This document shows positions 1 through 9,746 of a DNA stretch of 64,000 nt, in pieces. The DNA lies in the IMG/VR virus record IMGVR_UViG_3300045988_167643; one strand, written 5' to 3'. Source of the stretch: a virus. The translations under genes and the position numbers were made by a program. The notes below the pieces were generated by a model. The model was given only the letters and a program-made list of their open reading frames with translations. It did not search any database and was not told the origin of the DNA. Numbering within the stretch: position 1 is the first letter of the stretch; every line of letters starts with the position of its first letter.

Positions 1-1408
1 GTCACACCACAGTAGATTGAATAGGCAATGAGTAAAACTGGTACTTATCCATTGCAATAATCTTAAGGAGTGACAATTTATGAACGCAGTAGGTATCGAT
101 GTTTCAAAAGGTAAGAGTATGGTTGCTATCATGCGACCTTTCGGTGAAATTGTTTCCGCACCTTTCGAAATCAAACACACAGCCAGTGGTATCAATTCAC
201 TTGTAGAACTCATCAACTCTGTTGAAGGTGAGTCCCGAATCGTGATGGAGCACACAGGGCGTTATTATGAAGTCCTCGCTCATCAGCTTTCAGAGGCAAA
301 TCTTTTCGTCAGTGCCATTAACCCAAAACTTATCAAAGACTTTGATAATGATTCTCTTCGTAAAGTGAAATCTGATAAAGCAGATGCTGTTAAGATTGCC
401 CGATATGCTCTTGACAAATGGCAAAATCTTAAACAGTATAATGTTATGGATGAATTACGCAATCAGCTCAAAACCATGAACCGTCAGTTCGGCTTTTACA
501 TAAAACACAAGACGGCTATGAAAAATAATCTTATCGGCATCCTTGACCAAACCTATCCTGGTGTCAATACTTACTTTGACAGTCCTGCACGCAGTGACGG
601 CAGCCAGAAATGGGTTGATTTTGCATCTACATACTGGCATGTAGACTGTGTCCGTAAAATGTCCCTGAATTCCTTTATCGACCATTATCAAAACTGGTGC
701 AAACGTAAGAAGTACAACTTCAGCCAATCCAAAGCTGAGGAAATCTATGGAAAAGCAAAGGAACTTGTTCCTGTACTTTCAAAGGATGCCATTACAAAGC
801 TTATTATTAAGCAGGCTGTAGACCAGCTTAATAGTGCCTCTACAACTGTTGAGTCACTACGCACTCTCATGAATGAAACTGCATCCAAACTCCCGGAATA
901 TCCTGTCGTTATGGCTATGAAAGGGGTTGGAACTTCACTTGGTCCTCAGTTGATAGCTGAGATCGGAGATGTTTCCCGTTTCACTCACAAAAGTGCTATT
1001 ACTGCATTTGCCGGTGTAGATCCCGGTGTTAATGAATCGGGAAGTTATGAACAAAAAAGTGTTCCAACTTCCAAACGAGGCTCCTCTGATCTTAGAAAGA
1101 CTTTATTTCAGGTAATGGATGTCCTGATTAAAACGCATCCGCAAGATGATCCTGTTTATCAGTTCTTAGATAAGAAACGTGCTCAAGGCAAGCCTTACTA
1201 TGTCTATATGACTGCAGGTGCCAACAAGTTTCTAAGAATCTACTACGGACGAGTGAAAGAATATCTTTCATCTCTTCCAGAATCTTAATTATCCACTAAT
1301 ATTTTCAGGCCAGCACTGGTGTGGTGGTCTTATTTTGATACCTAATTTTCAACCTGTATAAAATTTTCAATGTTCTTCAATTTAGCCTTGACTTTTTATT
1401 TGCAGGCT
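1..1408 (+). mobile_element. IS110-family insertion sequence; left end cut by window, right end inferred near 1405-1410
   Basis: Contains an IS110-type transposase. The right boundary is inferred from the point where the neighbouring endonuclease ORF loses homology to its paralog. No obvious terminal inverted repeats, as is usual for IS110. Confidence 0.7.
80..1288 (+). CDS. IS110-family (DEDD) transposase
   Basis: 402 aa. N-terminus MNAVGIDVSKGKS...MEHTGRYY is typical of the DEDD_Tnp_IS110 domain. C-terminal M.GVG...A.I.AEIGD..RF is typical of Transposase_20. Confidence 0.9.
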   Translation: MNAVGIDVSKGKSMVAIMRPFGEIVSAPFEIKHTASGINSLVELINSVEGESRIVMEHTGRYYEVLAHQLSEANLFVSAINPKLIKDFDNDSLRKVKSDKADAVKIARYALDKWQNLKQYNVMDELRNQLKTMNRQFGFYIKHKTAMKNNLIGILDQTYPGVNTYFDSPARSDGSQKWVDFASTYWHVDCVRKMSLNSFIDHYQNWCKRKKYNFSQSKAEEIYGKAKELVPVLSKDAITKLIIKQAVDQLNSASTTVESLRTLMNETASKLPEYPVVMAMKGVGTSLGPQLIAEIGDVSRFTHKSAITAFAGVDPGVNESGSYEQKSVPTSKRGSSDLRKTLFQVMDVLIKTHPQDDPVYQFLDKKRAQGKPYYVYMTAGANKFLRIYYGRVKEYLSSLPES

Positions 1409-1950
1409 TTATTATTCACTTTAAAATAAAAATCATATCTATATGGATGTGCCCAATCTGGATTATATTGATGTATATAATCAACTTTAAGTTGGTTTAA
1501 TATTGACTTCATGAATTTTTCTGCATAACTAAACCCATCACTACAATATTTACATTGTAACCCATGTTTATGTACCTCGTTTCCAGATTTATATATTTCA
1601 TTACCACAAACAGGACATATAAAATATATTTTCTTATTTGTATTCGTTTTATACCTATAAGCATCATCTGGATCTTTAAGTAATGGTATTAACTCCGGAT
1701 TTGTTGTTGCCATGTCATTTATGCCAGGAATTACATCAGTATATAAATTACAAAAACATTTTGGACAATTTAAATGTTCTTTTTCTGGCATTATATTTTT
1801 AGGTTTTTTCTCAAATTCATATCCACAGCTGTGTCTAATTTTAATAAAATCAGAAGCACTTATATATTGAGAAATAAGTGTATACTCATTTTTATCAAAC
1901 TTGTTATAAAACTTTTCTTGAAATTCTTCATTAGTTAATATAGTACCCAT
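1396..1950 (-). pseudogene. Zn-ribbon endonuclease-like gene, 3' truncated (nuclease domain lost at the IS junction)
   Basis: 184 aa with CPKC and CPVCGN...CKYC zinc ribbons. It ends ...YRYDFYFKVNNKACK*, which matches only the first strand (LRFDFGIYDNEK) of the C-terminal nuclease domain of the paralog at 9747..10916. Confidence 0.6.
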
Positions 1951-1996
1951 AAAATAAACCTCTCTTTCAATTAAAAAAGAACCCTAAAAGTTCTTT

Positions 1997-2251
1997 TTAT
2001 TTTTTTACTTCTGTATTTTTACAAGAAGTATTCTCAATATTTTCGAACTTAGGATTCTTCCTATTCTTAACATACTTGTGTTCCGTTTTAGGACGTTTGT
2101 TAAGATAATCAATCAACTCATCTGTATATAAGAACATCCAAAATTCTCTATTGGTAGATGGATTGACTGATCGTGCAATATATCTTTGATGTGCATTCTC
2201 CATAAGCTCCTTTCTAAGAGTAGGAGAGTAGCAATAAAATACATCACTCAT
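1997..2251 (-). CDS. hypothetical protein (84 aa)
   Basis: Co-oriented ORF in the leftward structural block. No domain recognised. Confidence 0.5.
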   Translation of the reverse strand: MSDVFYCYSPTLRKELMENAHQRYIARSVNPSTNREFWMFLYTDELIDYLNKRPKTEHKYVKNRKNPKFENIENTSCKNTEVKK

Positions 2252-2315
2252 AAATAAATACCTCGTTCAACTATAAAATTTTTTCTATATTCAGTTGTTA
2301 TAATTTACTTCTAAA

Positions 2316-4163
2316 TTATTTTCTAAGAGATTTAAAATAATCTCCATAAGGTGAATTCTCATTATCAGCTTCTGGTTTTTCAGAACCAACACCGAATGTC
2401 ATTCCACCGTTAAATTTCTTTTTGGATTTTGTTTCAGAAGTGTGTGCAGAAAAAGTACCTGCATTAGATGTGATAAAGTCAGCAAAAATAACTTTTGCCT
2501 CTTTTTCAAGATCAATAAGACTGTACTGGTCCATATTCTCAACAAGAGTCTTGAATTCATCTGTGTCTCTTAGATCATTGTATTTCTCCGCATTAAGAAT
2601 TTCTTCTCTCTGTGTATGAAGTTTTGCAAATTCTGCATTTTCTTTGTATTCAACAAGAGATTCATAATTACTTCTCATCGCTTCAACTTCATCCAATTCC
2701 TCTTTGGTAAGATATGTAGCGTATACTTCTACACGATCACCGGTGAGAGAGAAGTTATCTCCATCCTGGGAATATGTCTGCTTGTAAGCAATACCTGTCC
2801 AATAATCAGACATAATCAGATAGTTCTCATAAACTTTAACGGAATACCAGCAGTTATCTGATTCACCATACTGAGTATTTACCAGATCAGATAATGCCCA
2901 AATTTTCTCATCAAGGGCAATTTCAAAGTTTGCGGATTTCTCATCAACGGTAATAGAGTATTTCTTCTTCTTTTTACCATCTGTTCCACAAGCCTCTTCC
3001 TCAACTGGATTTTCTTCAGACCCATCAGATGTTGTAACAGGCTCATCTTCGGATACCGGATTTTCTTCCTGGGTTTCGCCAGCTCCCTCTTCATTTACTG
3101 GTTCTTCTACAGGATCAGCGTCACCATTACCTTCGTCTGCATTTTCATCAGAAGTAGGTTCTGGATCAGAGTTACCATCAGTTGTACCTGCATCACCGGT
3201 TCCATCATCAGAAGCTGCGCCACCGTCATCATCAAATGTTTCTGTAAATTTCTGTTCAAGCTCTTCGTCAGATAATCCATCGTAATCAAATGTAATATCA
3301 TCAACTGTTACATTATATTTCTTAAGTAATTCTTCAAATTTCACCAGATCATTTCCTCCTTTCTGATTAATTTGTGTATTATTATTGAAACAAACCTTTT
3401 CTAACTTAGATTCAATGTTAGAAAGTCTAGTCTGTAAATCAATCAAAACTGAATTATGTGCTTCACTAAAATCAACAATATCTGCTCTGGAACCTTCCAT
3501 TCCTTCTGCAATTTCCTGTTTTTCTCCATTAACATCACGAGAACCCAAGAATGTTGAAGCATTTAAATAAAAATCATCTAAATCAAGAACTTTTTCTTTT
3601 GCATCATAAGATAATTCTTCAATGACAAGCTCACAACTATTTTTAGTACCGTTTTTTTCTTCAAGTATAGAAGTAGTGCGAGTGTAGTCTTCAGCAATAT
3701 AAGCATAAGCACATACAAAGTCTTTATCTAATTTATCATCATGTTCCCAAAATGCTGGTTCAGAAGAGAATGATCCAACTTGAGATTCAATATATACTGT
3801 TTCATCTTCACCAGTTTCTTCGTTTCTGACAGTTTTCATTTCGTGACCTTCGAAATCCCATGAACCATCGTCAAGCTGATGAATAGCTGCGAGTACCGGT
3901 CTGTCTGGGATTGTTTTCATTGCACGTTCTGCAGCTTCTTTAGAAACACGAGATTTATTTCGATTTACTCCAGTATGGAAAATTTTAATTTTAACTTTTT
4001 TCATACCACGATGATTTTCATCAACAGAGTCTTCTGACTCAAAAGTAGTAGGAACTTTTACCGCAAGTTTATATCCTGTTTCATTTGAACTGAATTTTGC
4101 AAATTTCTGCTCTTCACAAAATTTGACTAAATCATCAATGGTGAGTAGCGTTTTGTTTCGCAT
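2316..4163 (-). CDS. putative prohead protease / scaffolding fusion protein
   Basis: 615 aa, directly downstream of the portal-like gene and terminase. The N-terminal segment (HTGVNRNKSRVSKEAAERA...PVLAAIH) resembles phage prohead-protease/XkdF-like domains. A ~90-aa D/E/G/T/P-rich acidic linker is followed by a coiled-coil-like C-terminus. Confidence 0.45.
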   Translation of the reverse strand: MRNKTLLTIDDLVKFCEEQKFAKFSSNETGYKLAVKVPTTFESEDSVDENHRGMKKVKIKIFHTGVNRNKSRVSKEAAERAMKTIPDRPVLAAIHQLDDGSWDFEGHEMKTVRNEETGEDETVYIESQVGSFSSEPAFWEHDDKLDKDFVCAYAYIAEDYTRTTSILEEKNGTKNSCELVIEELSYDAKEKVLDLDDFYLNASTFLGSRDVNGEKQEIAEGMEGSRADIVDFSEAHNSVLIDLQTRLSNIESKLEKVCFNNNTQINQKGGNDLVKFEELLKKYNVTVDDITFDYDGLSDEELEQKFTETFDDDGGAASDDGTGDAGTTDGNSDPEPTSDENADEGNGDADPVEEPVNEEGAGETQEENPVSEDEPVTTSDGSEENPVEEEACGTDGKKKKKYSITVDEKSANFEIALDEKIWALSDLVNTQYGESDNCWYSVKVYENYLIMSDYWTGIAYKQTYSQDGDNFSLTGDRVEVYATYLTKEELDEVEAMRSNYESLVEYKENAEFAKLHTQREEILNAEKYNDLRDTDEFKTLVENMDQYSLIDLEKEAKVIFADFITSNAGTFSAHTSETKSKKKFNGGMTFGVGSEKPEADNENSPYGDYFKSLRK

Positions 4164-4220
4164 ATTTGGTATTTACCTCCTTTCCAAAAATTTCTATATA
4201 ATAGCCCTTAGAAAAGAGGA

Positions 4221-4406
4221 CTAAACACACATAATATTTGTGAATTTTACTTTAGACATATCAATGTCATTTTCTGCAAAATTCATCTTAGTATTATTTA
4301 CAAACATATAAAAATGAGCAGGTGTCTGGACCTCTATATAACCTAGAGTGATCAACTGCTCACGAACTTCTTTATCATATGTAAAAATAAATTTTTTATC
4401 TTTCAT
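4221..4406 (-). CDS. hypothetical protein (61 aa)
   Basis: Small co-oriented ORF 6 nt downstream of the portal-like gene. Confidence 0.45.
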   Translation of the reverse strand: MKDKKFIFTYDKEVREQLITLGYIEVQTPAHFYMFVNNTKMNFAENDIDMSKVKFTNIMCV

Positions 4407-4412
4407 TATTTA

Positions 4413-6182
4413 TCACTCATTTCCACGTTCTTTGGATTTACTACCAGAATCGGTTAGATCATCAGAATCTTTACTTGGGGCACCGCCATTAATAGGATCG
4501 GTATCTGAAGTTGGTTGACTACCTGATTGGGTATAGCTTGTACTTAATGGATTGGACATTAAATCAACAAGTCCTAAGTCACGTTCAAGTTTAAGAAGTG
4601 AAATTTGCTCTAATGGTGTATTACCATCGAGAATTCCAATTGACATTCGAGAAAATCCATTTTGGGCTGATTCAACTAATTCTTTACGTTTTGACTTTTT
4701 TGTGTATGGGCTAACTCCATCTATATATTTAAAATATCCATGTCCAGTTCCTATAGTGTAATTAAAATATAAATTCAAGTATCTTTGAACCTGTGGTAAA
4801 AGAGTACTTTGACCATATTTCATATCTGCAATAATCTGTGCTTCGTAAATTGTTGTTCCAGATTTATCTGAATTAAGAATAACACCACCTATATGTTTAA
4901 ATATATTTGCTATTGAGTTAGAAATCATATCGCTGTCATCGGTATTATTTAAATCTTTAAATTCAATTGTCTCAATTGGAAGTGGAGAAATGGCAGCATT
5001 AACACATTCTGGAAGATTTGCTTCTAGCTTATTGTAATATTTTAAGGCTGTTTCTGGATCAACCTCAAAATCGTCTGGCTCATCTGCCCCTGTAAGAGGC
5101 TTTAGTCTTGCAACTAATAATTTATAAGCACTAAGCTGATCTTTTACTGACTGAATTCCAAGTAAATCCACGGCATTTATCAAAATCTCAAATAGCGATG
5201 AAAAACTCGGGTAATCCATAGTCGGATCATCACTATTTACTTTAAAACAAACCTGTCTTTCAGGCTCAAGTTCCTGCCATCTTAATGTAGAATCTTTCTG
5301 ATATGCTTCATATTTAGATTTGAATTCAGAATCCCAATATTCAAGATATGCTTCATGTGATCTGAAATAAGAAAAGTCAAATGCAAATCTGAATACACCT
5401 GCTTCAACAGATGATACTCTACAATAATCTCCATCAAGAATCTGATAGAAACAAGTTCCACCTTCCTGATCAGAATCATCATAAACATATGCGTACACAG
5501 AGTCTTCACGCCAAGCTACAAGAAGTAGTTTTACAAGTTCACTGGCAAAATCCATACGTTGCCAACGAATCATAGTCTCATACCAAGTATTAGTACGTTC
5601 CTCTGGAGTCATTTCCTGCGTAGGATCATCCAATGGGATAATATTGAACGCATCTCCACAAATCATAGTCGCATAGTGTAAACAGATACGTCTGTACTCA
5701 TAGCAAAGTCTGTACAGATACCGGCTTAAATTCCTTAACTGAGACTCGTATGATTTTGGTGATTTCATATAAGTACGAAGTGTTTCCCTGGAATATGTCT
5801 GGAAAGTACGCGATTCAGTTTTTGACAAATCGGTAAGCTGCAATGCGTCTATCATAGCCTTTGTGGTTTTTGCCATTTCAAGCACACGTTCATGTTTCGT
5901 AAGTGTTGTTGACATTTCAGCTACAGTTTTCTTCCCTTTTGGTGTATCAATAGTTGGAACAGTGGCTGATTTGTTTAATAGTAATTTATCAACTTTGTCC
6001 AGTTTCTTTGTTGAAGTAGAATTTGTGGACTTAGTTGTTTTAGTTGTTGATACTTTAGTTGTTTTTGGAGCTACCTTTGACTTCGAAGTGGAAGCTGAGG
6101 CAGTTGTATTAACGGTTTTATTTGAAATAGGTGTACCGTCCTGCACCTTTGGCTTATTTTTACTACCTTTGGGTCTACCCAT
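4413..6182 (-). CDS. putative portal protein
   Basis: 589 aa, located between large terminase and the protease/scaffold-like gene (canonical synteny). Has a K/S/T-rich N-terminal tail. No motif-level proof. Confidence 0.45.
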   Translation of the reverse strand: MGRPKGSKNKPKVQDGTPISNKTVNTTASASTSKSKVAPKTTKVSTTKTTKSTNSTSTKKLDKVDKLLLNKSATVPTIDTPKGKKTVAEMSTTLTKHERVLEMAKTTKAMIDALQLTDLSKTESRTFQTYSRETLRTYMKSPKSYESQLRNLSRYLYRLCYEYRRICLHYATMICGDAFNIIPLDDPTQEMTPEERTNTWYETMIRWQRMDFASELVKLLLVAWREDSVYAYVYDDSDQEGGTCFYQILDGDYCRVSSVEAGVFRFAFDFSYFRSHEAYLEYWDSEFKSKYEAYQKDSTLRWQELEPERQVCFKVNSDDPTMDYPSFSSLFEILINAVDLLGIQSVKDQLSAYKLLVARLKPLTGADEPDDFEVDPETALKYYNKLEANLPECVNAAISPLPIETIEFKDLNNTDDSDMISNSIANIFKHIGGVILNSDKSGTTIYEAQIIADMKYGQSTLLPQVQRYLNLYFNYTIGTGHGYFKYIDGVSPYTKKSKRKELVESAQNGFSRMSIGILDGNTPLEQISLLKLERDLGLVDLMSNPLSTSYTQSGSQPTSDTDPINGGAPSKDSDDLTDSGSKSKERGNE

Positions 6183-6296
6183 TGGTACACCTGCCTTTCT
6201 ATTTATTGTTTTTGATTTGGATTGATTGGAATTTATTTTAAGAAGTAAGAGGTGGGAGAGTAGTTGGTGTTGGTTGATGGGATAGTGTTAGATTTA

Positions 6297-8426
6297 TTAA
6301 TCGAAATAAGAATGACGCTTCGCTGTACGGATTGGTAGGATGTCAGCGAGGTTTGAAGTTGATTTTTTCTTTTTACCGGTAATACTTTTTCTTCGTTCTT
6401 GCATAAGAGCATAAGATATTAGACAGGCTGTATACGCGCGGTCATCATGCATTTTATTAGCTTTTTCTGGTGTAAGCTCAAATGAATCCTTTCCAGATTC
6501 ACGTTTTTTACGAACCATATTAACAAGTTCCTCTTTTAAGGCATCAATATTAGTAAGGGCAAGTTTATCAGCCCAGTCGAGTTTTACAATTTTAGTCTTT
6601 ACCGATTGAACCTTAGAAAGTTCTTCTCTAAGTTGTTTTTCAAATTCTTCTTCATTAAGTTTTTGTTTCTTCAACTCAGAAACAATTCTAGTTTTTTCTT
6701 TCTTTAAAAGCTTTTCATCTATATCAAACATAGATAGATAATCTTTATTATCATAAGAAGCAGTGAAACTAATTTTATCTTGATTCATAAGTTCAATCAT
6801 TGCCTCATACATTTCTGATTTATATGCAGCTGGTGCCATTAAATGTAATTTATTCACAGCGTTTGGAAATTTTTTCACATATTCAGCTGAATACTCTTTA
6901 TCAATTAGACCTCTATGCATAATTCCTTTATCATCTACCCAATCTTCCATAAGATAATCCGCTATATTAACACCTGCTCCACCAGAACCTGCATCAATAT
7001 AAACTCCTACAATATTATCATAATTATCTGCACCACCATTATAGTCAAGAATAAGCTGTTTTAAATATTTAACTTGATCTGGTGTTTGCATTGGTGACTT
7101 AATTTTCTTTCCGACATCTATAAGGTTTACACAGTTTACAATGCGCATTCTCTTGTCAATAGTACCGTCAATTTGTTCAAAGTCATAAATTTCCCCAACA
7201 GTGATAACACTATTGTCTCTGCTTCTAGCCGGATCAAAGCCTATGGCAAAACGTTTGTTACCTGTATCATTGTATAGAAGTGGTTTTCTTACTTCCTCAT
7301 TTCTCGTAATAACACCGCGTTTAATAATTGCATCACTACCTGCTTGTGTACTGAAAATGCAATAATATTCACGTAATGCTTTCTCTGGATTTGTTCTCAT
7401 CGCTGCTTCTATAGTAGATTTGCTATAAAGCGGAGCAATTAACTTTCCGTGTTTTGTTGGTTTTAATACTATTTCACAATCAATTTGCGCAACAAAATAA
7501 TCAGTATCTCCCATAATCATTCGTTTCGAGAAATCTCTATATAGCTTATAAAATTCTGTATCAACACTGGATGCAGAACTGATGTAAAACAACTGATTTT
7601 GCACAGGAGATGGGATTGCACGAAGTCTATTAATATCAATAGAATTACCATCTCTATCCTTACCGGTAGCAAAACCTTTATTTACAATAACAAATGCAGC
7701 GTATGTATGCATCATATCAGCATCAAGAAACCCACACTCATCAAAACAACAAAAATTGCTTCGAGCGCCGCGCTTCTTATCCACATTACTATTTAATGTC
7801 TTTGTCATTGAACCATTATAAAGTGAATAAGAGAATCCATCAGATGAATGACTAAATCCGTCTCCTGCAGCATTTTTTATTTCAACTTCATTTTTGAAAA
7901 TATATCCAGTAGATCCCATCATACTTTCAATATTGTCATTAGCCAATTTTTCAAGAGTAGTAAATGTCTGTTCTGCCTGTGAACCAGAACCACTTGCTAT
8001 ATAACTCCAATAATTAGTAAAAAGCATGTCCTTAGACATAATTACAATATCAGTTATTGTGCTTTTTCCAAAACCACGACTACATACAAGTAACACATTT
8101 GGACACATCCATGCTCTTTGAACTATATATGCTTGTGCATCTAGTAATTCTATATTAAAAAAATCATCTATAAATTTTACTGGATTTGCTTGATAATATT
8201 TTTGAATTTCTGCTAATGCTATAAGTGATTCAATTTTCCTCTGAGATAGAGCATATATACCACGTTTTACATAGACATCATATTTATAATTATTATCAAA
8301 AATATCATTAAGATATTGCTTTTTTATTCCAGATACTTGTTTTAATTTATATTTACTATAATCAATTTGTGAGGTTATCTGATTGATTGTTTTCTCCGCT
8401 TTCGGATTGATCATCATCACTATCAA
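6297..8426 (-). CDS. terL: terminase large subunit
   Basis: 709 aa. Walker A-like CSRGFGKST, Walker B CCFDECGF, and RNaseH-like nuclease motifs GFDPARSRDNSVITVGEIY and VYIDAGSGGAG. Confidence 0.85.
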   Translation of the reverse strand: MIVMMINPKAEKTINQITSQIDYSKYKLKQVSGIKKQYLNDIFDNNYKYDVYVKRGIYALSQRKIESLIALAEIQKYYQANPVKFIDDFFNIELLDAQAYIVQRAWMCPNVLLVCSRGFGKSTITDIVIMSKDMLFTNYWSYIASGSGSQAEQTFTTLEKLANDNIESMMGSTGYIFKNEVEIKNAAGDGFSHSSDGFSYSLYNGSMTKTLNSNVDKKRGARSNFCCFDECGFLDADMMHTYAAFVIVNKGFATGKDRDGNSIDINRLRAIPSPVQNQLFYISSASSVDTEFYKLYRDFSKRMIMGDTDYFVAQIDCEIVLKPTKHGKLIAPLYSKSTIEAAMRTNPEKALREYYCIFSTQAGSDAIIKRGVITRNEEVRKPLLYNDTGNKRFAIGFDPARSRDNSVITVGEIYDFEQIDGTIDKRMRIVNCVNLIDVGKKIKSPMQTPDQVKYLKQLILDYNGGADNYDNIVGVYIDAGSGGAGVNIADYLMEDWVDDKGIMHRGLIDKEYSAEYVKKFPNAVNKLHLMAPAAYKSEMYEAMIELMNQDKISFTASYDNKDYLSMFDIDEKLLKKEKTRIVSELKKQKLNEEEFEKQLREELSKVQSVKTKIVKLDWADKLALTNIDALKEELVNMVRKKRESGKDSFELTPEKANKMHDDRAYTACLISYALMQERRKSITGKKKKSTSNLADILPIRTAKRHSYFD

Positions 8427-9717
8427 CCTCCTGTTCGCCTAATTCATCTGCGGAGAAATAGGCATATAAATTATCCAAATCAACTAAATTATTTTGATCA
8501 AGTAACCCATTTTCCTTAAGTACATCTTTTAAATCAATATTTTCTCTTAGTAAGATCCTAGAAATTTCCTTATAATGTCTGCAATCTTCTTGATATTTTC
8601 GGACCATAACACGTTGTTCTGCAACAATATCAGACCATTCTGATTCATCTAAATGAAGCTGCTTCATAATAGAAGCATCACTCATTTCCATAACCTGTTG
8701 CATACCTTTACATGTCCAAATATCAAAACCATTTACTTCACCTTCACGAAGATTAAGATCTTTTATTTTTTTAATCTTACCAGTCCAGGTATTTTCACCT
8801 TTCTTGGCATTCTTATTATTTTTTAGGGAAATACAGCTCTCTGCCGCAAGACTTGTAATAACAGAAGATACTTTACTTTTACTATCCTGAAGAGATTTAA
8901 TGGTTGCTGAATTTTTCTCAATATTATCAATATCAACCATAGCTTTTGAAATTGCGTTATCAAGTTTAGATTGTTGAAGAAACCCTCTTACAATAGAAAT
9001 ACATGAAGCATTTCTCATCATATCATCATTTCCATCACCACCAGCGTCTATAAGACCAATTAACTGTGCATATAAAAATGGTTGGTCAGTAACTTCTTCA
9101 AATTCAAACGGATCATATCCTAAAAGCCTAATAACATCTTTTTTATTTTTATAAAAATCTTGCAATGTTTCAGGACTCATTTTGTTTAATATGTCATTAT
9201 TTGAACTATGTTCTTCTTTGACCTCAACATTCCCATCATCTTCATCTGAGTCCCTATATGTAAGAGTGTAATATTGGGGCATAGCAATATTTTTTACATA
9301 AGAATCAAACGGAGTTTCACGAGTTTTACCAGAATGTAAATTTTCAGACTCAGTAACACTAGAGTCCCAAACTTCTTTTAAAAACGGTTTATTAAGATAA
9401 GAGAGTGCAAATTTCATACTTTCCTCAGTGCAATATTTTTCTCCTGTTTTATCACTTAACACAGCTAATTCTTTTGCACAATCCTTACAGATTGAAGTAA
9501 CACCAAGTTTATTAAGTGGATCTGTACTTGTGTAAAATTTATATTTTGGTTTTAATTTTCCACAAATATAACAAGTTGCATAATTATTTCTAAGCTCATT
9601 GATTTCTGCATTTAACTTATCTATTTCTGCTTGAGACTCTTTAAGCTTTAATCTTGCCTGGGCAGCTGTTAGTTTTGCTGGTGCTATTATTTTCTTTTCA
9701 GTAGCCGTAACAGCCAC
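8362..9717 (-). CDS. hypothetical protein; candidate small terminase / packaging accessory
   Basis: 451 aa, overlaps the terL start. N-terminal coiled coil plus a CxxC...CxxC ribbon and an acidic C-terminus. The call rests on position only. Confidence 0.3.
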   Translation of the reverse strand: MAVTATEKKIIAPAKLTAAQARLKLKESQAEIDKLNAEINELRNNYATCYICGKLKPKYKFYTSTDPLNKLGVTSICKDCAKELAVLSDKTGEKYCTEESMKFALSYLNKPFLKEVWDSSVTESENLHSGKTRETPFDSYVKNIAMPQYYTLTYRDSDEDDGNVEVKEEHSSNNDILNKMSPETLQDFYKNKKDVIRLLGYDPFEFEEVTDQPFLYAQLIGLIDAGGDGNDDMMRNASCISIVRGFLQQSKLDNAISKAMVDIDNIEKNSATIKSLQDSKSKVSSVITSLAAESCISLKNNKNAKKGENTWTGKIKKIKDLNLREGEVNGFDIWTCKGMQQVMEMSDASIMKQLHLDESEWSDIVAEQRVMVRKYQEDCRHYKEISRILLRENIDLKDVLKENGLLDQNNLVDLDNLYAYFSADELGEQEVDSDDDQSESGENNQSDNLTN

Positions 9718-9746
9718 CTCCTTTTTATCATAAAATAAGAGACGGT

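Noticed and set aside
455-727. 90-aa minus-strand ORF inside the IS110 transposase gene
   Set aside because: It is antisense to a well-supported transposase CDS, has no RBS, and its composition is that of a shadow ORF.
1-1330. Terminal inverted repeats of the IS (cacaccac.agt near 3-13 versus cactggtgtggtg at 1314-1326)
   Set aside because: The alignment is gapped and weak. The left IS end may lie outside the window, and IS110 elements typically lack terminal inverted repeats.
2422-3570. Several 61-81-aa ORFs (2422, 2616, 2879, 3107, 3385) overlapping the 615-aa gene
   Set aside because: All are alternative-frame or antisense ORFs nested in a long co-oriented gene. Their sequences are low-complexity or hydrophobic junk.
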